From assembly GCA_965230905.1 (NCBI GenBank), contig OZ246396.1, positions 900,001 to 932,000 of the forward strand: a stretch of DNA of 32,000 nt. Reading direction: 5' to 3'. The DNA comes from Candidatus Saccharimonadota bacterium. GTDB taxonomy: Bacteria > Patescibacteriota > Gracilibacteria > UBA1369 > 2-02-FULL-48-14. The position numbers and the translations under genes were made by a program. Each line of letters begins with the position of its first letter. The first letter of the stretch is position 1. The notes under the pieces are model-generated. The model was not told the origin of the DNA and did not search any database. It saw only the letters and a list, made by a program, of their open reading frames with translations. Of the stretch, positions 7,389-15,447 are shown one piece after another.

Positions 7389-8156
7389 TTAGAAAATATT
7401 AATGAATAGACCTGTAATTTGGTAGCCAACCAGTACAAAGCCCGCCGTCATAAGTGCTACATTAGCGGTGTAGGCATACCTCCAAAAGCTGGATGTGCGT
7501 CGCCAAGCGTTCATGGCAATCAAAATGGCACCCAATGCCAAGAGTTGACCAATCTCCACTCCCACATTGAAGGAGATCAAGTTCGGCAATAGACCATCGG
7601 GGGACAACTCGTATTCCTGTACTTTCGTGGCTAAACCGAACCCATGGAAAAGTCCAAAGATAAGGGTTGCAATCTTTGTATTGGGTTGATAGCCAAGCCA
7701 TCGTTGAAAAGCTCCTAAGTTATCCAAGCCCTTGTAAGCCACCGACAGACCGATGATCGCATCAATGATGTAGGCATTAATGCTGATATTGAAGAACACG
7801 CCTCCGAGCAAAGTAATAACGTGCCCGAGCGCAAAGAGAGAAACGTAAATTCCAATATCCTTATTTTTGTACAAAAAGAAAATGACTCCTAGGATGAAAA
7901 GCAGGTGATCATAACCCGTGACCATATGCTTTGCACCCAGGTAAATAAATGGCAGAATATTCACACCAGAGATTTCTTGAATATACCCTTTGTCTCCTGT
8001 GGTAACACCGTGAGCCAAAGCATCAGGAACAAAAAGTAAAAGCACCGCGAGGAATAAAGATAGAGAGCTTAAAACACGAACCCTCCGATCCGTGAATAAA
8101 AGTGATAAAAGCGTGGTCAAAGTGAGTGGTGTTATTGGTTTGTACGCTAAGGACAT
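7389..8156 (-). CDS. HupE/UreJ-family metal (Ni/Co-type) transport membrane protein
   Basis: The signal peptide ends ...ALAHG. The segment GAKHMVTGYDHLLFILGVIFFL and the multi-TM layout are typical of HupE/UreJ_2. Confidence 0.8.
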   Translation of the reverse strand: MSLAYKPITPLTLTTLLSLLFTDRRVRVLSSLSLFLAVLLLFVPDALAHGVTTGDKGYIQEISGVNILPFIYLGAKHMVTGYDHLLFILGVIFFLYKNKDIGIYVSLFALGHVITLLGGVFFNISINAYIIDAIIGLSVAYKGLDNLGAFQRWLGYQPNTKIATLIFGLFHGFGLATKVQEYELSPDGLLPNLISFNVGVEIGQLLALGAILIAMNAWRRTSSFWRYAYTANVALMTAGFVLVGYQITGLFINIF

Positions 8157-8181
8157 GGACGTGCGAATTTTATGGGACTAG

Positions 8182-8203
8182 TATATGAGCAAGTGCTCAT
8201 ATA
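8182..8203. promoter_or_regulatory. 10-2-10 palindrome TATATGAGCA-AG-TGCTCATATA; candidate ArsR/SmtB operator in a divergent promoter region
   Basis: Perfect inverted repeat between hupE-like (minus) and arsR-like (plus). It overlaps TATAAT at 8200-8205, which lies 10 nt upstream of the ATG at 8216. Confidence 0.6.
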
Positions 8204-8215
8204 ATCAACTCGTTT

Positions 8216-8611
8216 ATGAAGAATCACGACAGCTCGCTTCGTGCGCTAAACCCTGGATCAGTAAAAAAAGCTGCGAATCGCATGCCGGACGAAGCTTTAC
8301 TCTCGGTCGTGGTGGAGTGCTTTAAGGCTTTGGGCGACCCCACGCGTGCAAAAATCCTTTATGCGCTTCGTAGAGGACCTCTTTATGTTCGTGATTTAGC
8401 CATCCTCGCAGAAGTTTCGGAATCCGGAGTCTCCCATCAGCTTCGTTTACTTCGCAACACACAGTTGGTAAAGGTTGAACGTGAAGGAAATAATAAAAAA
8501 TATTCCATCGCTTATGCGCATATCGTTACTCTGCTCAAGGAAGCGGAATACTACGCTGATCATATTCGCAATCATTTACCTGATCATTCCTCTAAACCTC
8601 GATCTAAATGA
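8216..8611 (+). CDS. ArsR/SmtB-family metalloregulatory repressor
   Basis: LGDPTRAKILYAL...VRDLAILAEVSESGVSHQLRLLRNTQLVKVEREGNNKKYSI is the canonical ArsR wHTH. Its stop overlaps the next start (ATGA at 8608-8611). Confidence 0.9.
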   Translation: MKNHDSSLRALNPGSVKKAANRMPDEALLSVVVECFKALGDPTRAKILYALRRGPLYVRDLAILAEVSESGVSHQLRLLRNTQLVKVEREGNNKKYSIAYAHIVTLLKEAEYYADHIRNHLPDHSSKPRSK

Positions 8612-10449
8612 AAATTCTACGCACTTTCTTTAAAGCTCAATATCTTTGGGAGCTCCTGCGAATTGCCGTAGTGGGATTTGCGAGTCTTTTGTTTTACTTT
8701 GATATCCTGCCTTTGATTGGACTTTTAATTGCCATAGCTTTTGGACTTTATTCTCTTCTCAAAGGAGGTGTCCTTGCTCTTATTCATGAGCATAAGGTGG
8801 GAACAGAAATTTTCATATCGGTAGCTGTGGTGGTATCGGTTTTAGGTCAGGAATATTTGGCGGGTTCAGTGGTTTTAATGATTATCCTCATTGCGGAGTA
8901 CATCGCCAGTGCTAGTGGAGAAAGCGCGCGAGCTTCCATTAAAGAGCTGGTTGGTTCTGTGCCCAAAACAGCTCTGCTTATGCGTGGTGATAAAGAAAAA
9001 AATATTGCGATCGAAAGCTTGAAAGTTGGAGACATAGTTCTTGTGCGAGCGGGAGAGAAAATTCCAGTGGATGGCACTGTAGTGGGAGGCACGGCTTCTG
9101 TGAATCAAGCGCCTATTACAGGGGAAAGCACTCCTCAGGAAAAAGCGAAGGGCAGTGAGGTTTTCGCTGGAACGATTCTAGAGATTGGTGCTTTGGATAT
9201 TAAAATGACCAAGGCTGGAAAGGACACAGTGTTTTCGCGCATCATTGCTTTGGTGGAAGAAGCGCAAAGCCACCAAGCACCCATTGAAAAATTCACGGAT
9301 AAAGTGTCTTCTTACCTCATTCCCATCGTTTTTGTCTTTGTAGGTTTGGTCTACTTCTTTACTCGAGACATTCAGCTCGTCATTGCTCTTCTTATTTTTA
9401 CTTCTCCCGCGGAATTGGGGCTTGCTACACCGCTGGTTACCATTGCTGGAATTGCTAGAGGGGCTCGCGAAGGAATACTCATTAAAGGAGGGCTTTATTT
9501 GGAGGAAATGGCGCACATCAAGACCGTGGTTTTTGATAAGACCGGAACTTTGACCCTTGGCCAACCTGCTCTGGAGCGAGTACAGGTTTTGGACACTTCC
9601 CTTACCGAAAAACACATTGTGGAGCTTGCTGCGGCTTTGGAACGTCGTTCGAGTCATCCTCTCGCCAAAGCAGTTTTAGACTATGCCAAGAAAGAAAAAC
9701 TTTCTATCCCCGAACCCAGTGATTTTTTGGTGATTAAAGGGCGTGGGGTTCACGGCAAGGTGAAAGGTGAAAAAGTGATCTTGGGAAATGCAGCTTTCTT
9801 AAAAGAACAGAAGATTTCGATCCCCAAAGATAAAGCCACAGGGAATGAGACACTCGTTTACCTAGCGAATGATGAGAAGGTACTCGGACTTCTTTATTTT
9901 TCAGACACTATTCGGCCCGAAGCAAAAGCCAGTCTTAAACAGCTCACCAAGAGCGGAATTGAACACATCGTCATGCTCACGGGAGACAATGAGGCAACAG
10001 CTACTTTTGTTGCCAAGGAACTCGGAATCAAGGACTTTAGATATGAACTGCTTCCGGAAGATAAAATCCGAATCATTAAAGAGTTACAAAAGAATGGAGA
10101 AAGAGTAGCTATGGTCGGAGATGGGATCAACGATGCCCCGGCTCTTGTTCAATCAAATGTAGGCATTGCCATGGGTGCGATGGGAACAGAAGCTGCGATG
10201 GAGGCCGCTGATATTGTGCTCATGCAGGACCGCTTGGATAAAATTGCTGAGGCACGACTGCTCAGTCAAAAATCTTTCCGCACTATTAAGGAGAATATTT
10301 TTGTGGGCGTTGGGGTTGTGCATATCACTGGAATTATTTTGGTCCTTCTTAAAGTCCTTGGCCCCGTGGAGGCAGCAGCCATTCACCTAGTGCCAGACAC
10401 TTTGGTGTTCCTCAATTCAATTAAACTTTTACGAAAGAAATTGAAATGA
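8608..10449 (+). CDS. heavy-metal-translocating P1B-type ATPase (short form, no N-terminal HMA domain)
   Basis: Motifs DKTGTLT, SSHPLA, MLTGDN and GDGINDAPAL. The TM motif reads FTSPAELGLATP instead of CPC/SPC. Confidence 0.9.
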   Translation: MKILRTFFKAQYLWELLRIAVVGFASLLFYFDILPLIGLLIAIAFGLYSLLKGGVLALIHEHKVGTEIFISVAVVVSVLGQEYLAGSVVLMIILIAEYIASASGESARASIKELVGSVPKTALLMRGDKEKNIAIESLKVGDIVLVRAGEKIPVDGTVVGGTASVNQAPITGESTPQEKAKGSEVFAGTILEIGALDIKMTKAGKDTVFSRIIALVEEAQSHQAPIEKFTDKVSSYLIPIVFVFVGLVYFFTRDIQLVIALLIFTSPAELGLATPLVTIAGIARGAREGILIKGGLYLEEMAHIKTVVFDKTGTLTLGQPALERVQVLDTSLTEKHIVELAAALERRSSHPLAKAVLDYAKKEKLSIPEPSDFLVIKGRGVHGKVKGEKVILGNAAFLKEQKISIPKDKATGNETLVYLANDEKVLGLLYFSDTIRPEAKASLKQLTKSGIEHIVMLTGDNEATATFVAKELGIKDFRYELLPEDKIRIIKELQKNGERVAMVGDGINDAPALVQSNVGIAMGAMGTEAAMEAADIVLMQDRLDKIAEARLLSQKSFRTIKENIFVGVGVVHITGIILVLLKVLGPVEAAAIHLVPDTLVFLNSIKLLRKKLK

Positions 10450-11228
10450 CGCTACTCTCTGCGCTTATCTTAGGTCTTGTTGAAGGATTCACGGAATTTT
10501 TACCTATTTCCTCAACTGCTCACCTCATCCTTACGGGAAAAGTCCTTGGACTGGACCAAAGTGAGTATTTAAAAAGCTTCGAAATAATTATTCAACTTGG
10601 AGCCATTTTGGCAGTGGTTTGTATGTATTGGAAGGAGCTCTTAAAGGTGGAGGTCTTGAAACGACTTTTTGTGGCGTTCGTGCCTACTGGACTTCTGGGG
10701 CTGATTTTTTATAAATTCATTAAACTTTACCTCTTTGAAAGCCTTCCCATTCTGCTGTGGGCTCTTTTAATTGGAGGAATTTTCTTAATCATTTTCGAGA
10801 AAGTCACAAAAGAAAGGTCTGGTGAATTGAGTTTAGAAAAAATTCCTTATAAAGCCTGCCTTTGGATTGGCTTATTCCAGTCCTTAGCTATGGTTCCAGG
10901 AGTTTCTCGTTCGGGAGCTACGATTATCGGGGGTTTGATATTCGGTCTGCCTAAAAAGACCATTGTGGAGTTTTCCTTCCTCCTTGCTGTTCCAACTATG
11001 CTCGCGGCGAGTGGTTTAGACCTTTTAAAGAATTCAAACTCTTTTAGTGCAGATCAAGCATTGTTTTTGATTGTGGGCTTCGTGACTTCCTTCCTAATGG
11101 CTCTATTCAGTATAAAATTCCTACTTTCCATTTTGCGAAAACAGACTTTCACTCTCTTTGGGATTTATAGGATAGCTCTGGCTACACTTTTCTTTTTTAT
11201 ACTATCCTATCTACCTCCTTTAGGATGA
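10446..11228 (+). CDS. uppP: undecaprenyl-diphosphate phosphatase (BacA/UppP)
   Basis: N-terminus LGLVEGFTEFLPISSTAHL, plus PGVSRSGATI and eight hydrophobic segments. Its start overlaps the ATPase stop (ATGA at 10446-10449). Confidence 0.9.
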   Translation: MTLLSALILGLVEGFTEFLPISSTAHLILTGKVLGLDQSEYLKSFEIIIQLGAILAVVCMYWKELLKVEVLKRLFVAFVPTGLLGLIFYKFIKLYLFESLPILLWALLIGGIFLIIFEKVTKERSGELSLEKIPYKACLWIGLFQSLAMVPGVSRSGATIIGGLIFGLPKKTIVEFSFLLAVPTMLAASGLDLLKNSNSFSADQALFLIVGFVTSFLMALFSIKFLLSILRKQTFTLFGIYRIALATLFFFILSYLPPLG

Positions 11229-11232
11229 AGCT

Positions 11233-11310
11233 GCCAAAGTTATGTCTCACGGCAAGAACTAATAGGGTGACACCGTTTCTAAGGGCTAGGCTAAGTGGCG
11301 TGCCATTAGG
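11233..11310 (+). repeat. degenerate long-form repeat, copy C (3' part of block 1 + variable region + diverged core)
   Basis: GCCAAAGTTATGTCTCACGGCAAGAA aligns to GCCACAATTGTGTCTCACGGCAAGAA of copy A. The following AAGGGCTAGGCTAAGTGGCGTGCCATT is a diverged core. It begins 5 nt after the uppP stop. Confidence 0.6.
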
Positions 11311-11369
11311 TGCATGAGGACAAAGTCTTGTGATCCGCAAAGCTAGCTTGGACATGCAAGTAGAGACGG
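11311..11369 (+). repeat. second conserved module (M2), copy 2, directly abutting the core
   Basis: Aligns to 6242-6298, and the 27-nt centre (11327-11353) is identical. Here it sits 5 nt after the core, against 118 nt in the other copy. Confidence 0.65.
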
Positions 11370-11390
11370 GCGGATCACCGCCTCTACTTT
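11360..11390 (+). terminator. GC-rich hairpin followed by TTTGATT (intrinsic-terminator-like)
   Basis: GTAGAG(ACGG)GCGG-ATCA-CCGCCTCTAC, then TTT. It lies between the convergent genes uppP and DUF305 and at the 3' end of the repeat unit. Confidence 0.45.
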
Positions 11391-11404
11391 GATTCAGCCA
11401 ACAA

Positions 11405-11992
11405 CTACTTCAACCAGCCTTTCATCATTTCGATTTCAGCACTTTGCGCATCAATGATCGCGTCAGCCATATTCTTAAGCTCCTGACGCTCGGTAATCAT
11501 TTGAACCCGCATCGCCATCATAATAGCCATTTGGTGATGCTCAATCATGCCTTCAATAAAGGCTTGGTCGAGGGCTTCACCTTCGAGAGTTGAAAGATCC
11601 GGCATCATCTCTTCATAGTCATCGCTGGCTTTGAAGTCCGCTCCGAACCACTCCTCGCCCCACGCTTCCATTTGAGCAATCTCAGCGCTCTGAGCGTCTA
11701 CAATATCCTGAGCCAAAGCCTTCAGATCTGCATTCTTAGACTTGGCCAAAATCACTTCAGCGGTATCAATGGCTTCCTGATGGTGAGGGATCATCATCGA
11801 AAGAAAGTCTTGGTCATCTTGAATCATCATCCCCATCATGTCGTCATCCATCATAGGATCCATGCCTTCCGTTGAGTCATCCATCATGGAGGAATCGTCG
11901 TCCATCATGCGGTCATCGTTGTTTTCGGTTTCGCATGCAGATAGAAGTATGGAACCTGCAAGAACTGAAGAAAGTAACATAAAGTTTTTCAT
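11405..11992 (-). CDS. DUF305-family lipoprotein with Met/Asp-rich N-terminal linker
   Basis: Lipobox LLSAC. Linker DDRMMDDDSSMMDDSTEGMDPMMDDDMMGMM. Two PHHQEAI / EHHQMAI repeats typical of DUF305. Confidence 0.85.
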   Translation of the reverse strand: MKNFMLLSSVLAGSILLSACETENNDDRMMDDDSSMMDDSTEGMDPMMDDDMMGMMIQDDQDFLSMMIPHHQEAIDTAEVILAKSKNADLKALAQDIVDAQSAEIAQMEAWGEEWFGADFKASDDYEEMMPDLSTLEGEALDQAFIEGMIEHHQMAIMMAMRVQMITERQELKNMADAIIDAQSAEIEMMKGWLK

Positions 11993-12057
11993 TAAAAATT
12001 GGGATTAAGAATTAAGTTTAAACCAAGTTTCTTCACCACCCATGCTTTTATAATTGA

Positions 12058-12288
12058 TTAGATAATTTCTCCTTTTTTCTCAAGCATCATGTGGTGAATA
12101 GTGGCAATTTGGATCCAAATTGCGATGAGAATAAGAATTGCAGTGCAAGCTAAAGCGTCTGCCTTTGTAATTCCGAATACAAGGTTATCGGCTCCGCCGA
12201 GGACGGAAGCAGCGAAGGTAACGATTCCAGTGAATCCCACTAAAACGCTGATGATGTGCATCAATTTAGATAGTTTCATATTATTCAA
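12058..12288 (-). CDS. small 2-TM membrane protein
   Basis: 76 aa with two hydrophobic helices, 9 nt downstream of the YHS gene on the same strand. Confidence 0.5.
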   Translation of the reverse strand: MNNMKLSKLMHIISVLVGFTGIVTFAASVLGGADNLVFGITKADALACTAILILIAIWIQIATIHHMMLEKKGEII

Positions 12289-12296
12289 ATAAATGA

Positions 12297-12479
12297 TTAA
12301 ATAAGATATTTTTCCGGTTCACTGACGAATTGATCCTTGCAACCCGTACTACAAAAATAGTAGATGCATCCTTTGTGAGCGACTTGGAGAGTTTCCTCAG
12401 TAGGATTGAGTTCCATGCCACAAACTACGTCCTTAGCTGGAGATGAATTTTTATTACCGCAACATGATGAGTTTTCCAT
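12297..12479 (-). CDS. YHS/TRASH-domain metal-binding protein
   Basis: VCGMELNP...HKGCIYYFCSTGCKDQF is the YHS-domain Cys pattern. Confidence 0.8.
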   Translation of the reverse strand: MENSSCCGNKNSSPAKDVVCGMELNPTEETLQVAHKGCIYYFCSTGCKDQFVSEPEKYLI

Positions 12480-12646
12480 ATATTTAATTGTTATTGATGA
12501 GATAAATAAGCTCTACTAAACTACTGGTTTGCCGGTGTACAACTTTTGCTTTGAATTCTTGATTAAACATGAAGGGGTAGTAAAAGAGTCAAAACTCAAA
12601 GAGGGGAACCAAGGGCATAGTTTTTCTCATAAAATAGTTATAAGTT

Positions 12647-12919
12647 CTAACGATGAGAGGAGGTATAAACTTCTATCAATTCTTTGATAGTTTTATCCTG
12701 TTGTTTTTCGTCCTGCATTTGCTGCTTCACATGAGAGTTGAGGTGATTTTCTAGCAATAGTTTGTCCAGGCTTTTGAGTGAATTCTGTATGGAATAGGAC
12801 TGGTGAAGAAGTGACGTACAATACTCCTCACCTTCTATGCTTCGCATCAATGCCTCAAGTTGGCCTTTTAGGATCTTGGCGCGATGAAGCGCTCTTTTTT
12901 TAATATTCTGGTCGACCAT
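12647..12919 (-). CDS. CsoR/RcnR/FrmR-family (DUF156) metal-sensing repressor
   Basis: RALHRAKILKGQLEALMRSIEGEEYCTSLLHQSYSIQNSLKSLDKLLLENHLNSHV. The candidate ligand positions read Cys...His...His. Confidence 0.85.
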   Translation of the reverse strand: MVDQNIKKRALHRAKILKGQLEALMRSIEGEEYCTSLLHQSYSIQNSLKSLDKLLLENHLNSHVKQQMQDEKQQDKTIKELIEVYTSSHR

Positions 12920-13080
12920 ATTTAGCGGTTAATAGCCAATACCCCTATACCCTATCTATATGAGTCCAGTCAATGCTACAGTCTCTAGGCTGGCCTAAAG
13001 TACAAGCCGTGCAGCCATTCAATTGCTTATCCAACTAGGAATTGTTGCAAATATTGCTTAGGGGACTACTATGCAAGTAT

Positions 13081-14739
13081 ATGAAATCTGTAGCAATTTT
13101 TGGTGCGGGTATTTCAGGTTTGAGTGCTACTCATGAATTTGCACGCTTGGGCTATGCTGTAGCGGTATACGAAGCAAATGCTGATGCAGGAGGATTCTTT
13201 AGAAGTGCACGCATGCCACAAGATCAGGGAATGCCTTCTGAATATTCTTGGCATGGATTTGGACCCTGGTACCACAATGTCTTTGATGTCATGAAACAGA
13301 TTCCTTTTGATGAAAAAAGAACCGTATATGACGCTGCACTTTCTCGCCCTATCAACTATGGCATCGTGGGAGATAGAGACGAAAAGGCTTTCGGCGAAGA
13401 AAATGTCTTTAGTATGTTTCAGCGATTTCGCATGACATGGCTCGATAAGATAACTTGGAGCATCCTACTTTTTAAAACGTGGACTTCAAATATTCGTACG
13501 AAGAAACACTACTCGTCCCTCAACGCTGCAGAAGTATGGCGGCCGCTCATGAGTGAACGTGCTTGGAAAACGTGGAGAGCAACCTTTGGCCCTTGGGTTG
13601 GTTGCGATTGGACGCGTGCATCCCTTCATCATGTAGGGCAATTTTTTAGAAGAAACATCGTGTCGTATCCGTCACACATACACGAAGCAGATGAAGATGG
13701 CGGTGCATGGACACAAGGATCGGGCGATGGATGGCTGTTACTCAAAGGACCGAGTAATGAGTTTTGGTTTGAGAAATGGATTAGCTTTCTTCGTCAGAAG
13801 GGCGTTTCTTTCTTTTGGAAACAATCACTCCAACAACTTAGCTATGACGGTAAGCATATTACTCAAGCACTGCTTGCATCAGGTGAGAAGGTAGAAGCGG
13901 ACATCTACGTTCTTGCTATCAATCCTTTTGCAGCTGCAGAAATTATCGATCGGACTCCTGCGCTTGCCGAGATTGATCAGCTTCGGCTTTTTCGTCCGCT
14001 CATTGCTGACGGCCCGCATACACAGGTATCTTTCCGCATCGCGTTCTCAGAAAAGATCTTATGGCCTAAAGAACGGAGTGCTTTCCTTCTCCCCGATTCA
14101 GAGTTTAATATTACGCTTTTTGCACAAGAACAAGTTTGGCCATCAGACGTTTCTTTAGGAAAAGAAGTAAAGTCACTTTGGACAGGAACCGCGTGTGTTG
14201 CCAGTGAGCCCGGAAAAATATTCAATCTTCCGCTCGAAAATTGCACGCAGGAACAATTCATCGAAGAAATACAATCGCAGCTTCTTCGCTGTGAAGAGCT
14301 GCAAAATCTTCTTCGAGCAGCAAACGAGGGTCATGATCTTCATCATTTTCCGATACTGAGAATCGAAGTGTGGCACGAATGGAAATTCTCCCCTGAAGGA
14401 ATAACTCCCAAACAACCCAAATGGGTCATGAGCAATCACACCCAGCCTTATCTTCCTACGCAAAAGACCCCTGTTCCCAATTTGCTTCTTGCCGGAGCAC
14501 ACACCAAAACCGATGCAGATATTTGGAGTATCGAAGGCGCAGTTGAGAGTGGTCGACGGGCGGCGCAAATAATCGAGCCTAGCGTGCGTGTTATCCCTCA
14601 ATACAAGCCACTGTGGCTCCGTATTATTAGCTCAGTAGATGACGTCTGCTTCTCCCTGCATCTCCCTCACATTTTTGACTTGTTCTTATTTCTTTTGTGC
14701 GCAAGCCTTATCGTAGGAGGTATAAGCATCCTGATATAG
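13081..14739 (+). CDS. FAD/NAD(P)-binding oxidoreductase (amine-oxidase / phytoene-desaturase-like) with C-terminal TM anchor
   Basis: MKSVAIFGAGISGLSATHEFARLGYAVAVYEANADAGG is a dinucleotide-binding GxGxxG-E motif. The C-terminal hydrophobic tail is FDLFLFLLCASLIVGGISILI. I prefer the ATG at 13081 over the track start at 13042. Confidence 0.8.
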   Translation: MKSVAIFGAGISGLSATHEFARLGYAVAVYEANADAGGFFRSARMPQDQGMPSEYSWHGFGPWYHNVFDVMKQIPFDEKRTVYDAALSRPINYGIVGDRDEKAFGEENVFSMFQRFRMTWLDKITWSILLFKTWTSNIRTKKHYSSLNAAEVWRPLMSERAWKTWRATFGPWVGCDWTRASLHHVGQFFRRNIVSYPSHIHEADEDGGAWTQGSGDGWLLLKGPSNEFWFEKWISFLRQKGVSFFWKQSLQQLSYDGKHITQALLASGEKVEADIYVLAINPFAAAEIIDRTPALAEIDQLRLFRPLIADGPHTQVSFRIAFSEKILWPKERSAFLLPDSEFNITLFAQEQVWPSDVSLGKEVKSLWTGTACVASEPGKIFNLPLENCTQEQFIEEIQSQLLRCEELQNLLRAANEGHDLHHFPILRIEVWHEWKFSPEGITPKQPKWVMSNHTQPYLPTQKTPVPNLLLAGAHTKTDADIWSIEGAVESGRRAAQIIEPSVRVIPQYKPLWLRIISSVDDVCFSLHLPHIFDLFLFLLCASLIVGGISILI

Positions 14740-14773
14740 CGTTATGTTTAAAATGGTGGGATAAATTACTTCA

Positions 14774-15409
14774 ATGCATCACGTCTTAAACAGATCACTT
14801 CTCAAGGCTGCCATTCCCCTCTTCATTTTGGCGCTCCTTTTTCTTGCTTCTGCTTATTTTGCACAAACCTACGATCACTATTTCGTAAGCCTTGTAAGTA
14901 ACAGAGGTTTATTGGGTTTGTTGATCTATATTTTTATAGCCGCATTCACCACAGTTTTGGCACCTTTAAGCAGTGTCCCCCTTATGCCGCTTGCTTCTAG
15001 CATTTGGGGGCCTTTTGCAACTGCAGTTGCAAGTATTATCGGGTGGATGATTGGGGCTCTTATCTCCTTCTTCATTAGTAGAAAATATGGAAGAGCCTTT
15101 GTTGAAAGATTCTTCTCACGTGAAAAACTCAGTGAACTAGAAAAAAGAATCCCTGAAGAGAATTTATTTTGGTCGATTGTACTTTTGCGGATGGCCGTAC
15201 CAGTGGATCTTCTTAGTTATGTCTTAGGTCTTTTTAAAAACATTTCCTGGAAAATCTACTTTTGGGCTACTTTGATCGGCATTATCCCATTTGCTTTTGT
15301 ACTGGCTTACCTTGCGCGGCTCCCTTGGGAATTTCAGCTGCTGGGCATCTTATTGATCATTCCAATTCTCCTTATTTCTAGAGCAAGCAGTCGACAAAAC
15401 AAGTTATAA
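14774..15409 (+). CDS. TVP38/TMEM64 (DedA-related) family membrane protein
   Basis: 211 aa, multi-TM, with the layout and the segment ...RKYGRAFVERFFSREKL... typical of the family. Called by eye. Confidence 0.65.
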   Translation: MHHVLNRSLLKAAIPLFILALLFLASAYFAQTYDHYFVSLVSNRGLLGLLIYIFIAAFTTVLAPLSSVPLMPLASSIWGPFATAVASIIGWMIGALISFFISRKYGRAFVERFFSREKLSELEKRIPEENLFWSIVLLRMAVPVDLLSYVLGLFKNISWKIYFWATLIGIIPFAFVLAYLARLPWEFQLLGILLIIPILLISRASSRQNKL

Positions 15410-15447
15410 TCCGGTATCTTTTGCCATAGACATCACTTAAAAAAAAT

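Noticed and set aside
9178-9657. 159-aa minus-strand ORF, and similar ORFs inside the ATPase, the RND pump, the FAD oxidoreductase (14173..14601) and the AI-2E gene
   Set aside because: All are antisense to or nested within genes that have canonical motifs. None has a recognisable motif of its own.
12985-13003. Possible inverted, degenerate core copy (CTAGGCTGGCCTAAAGTAC) in the csoR / oxidoreductase intergenic region
   Set aside because: Only short pieces match (GGCCAGCC and GTAC in reverse complement), several gaps are needed, and the match is within chance expectation.
13042-13080. Track start of the FAD oxidoreductase at 13042
   Set aside because: The ATG at 13081 puts the GxGxxG dinucleotide-binding motif at the extreme N-terminus, as is usual. 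The extra 13 residues have no support.
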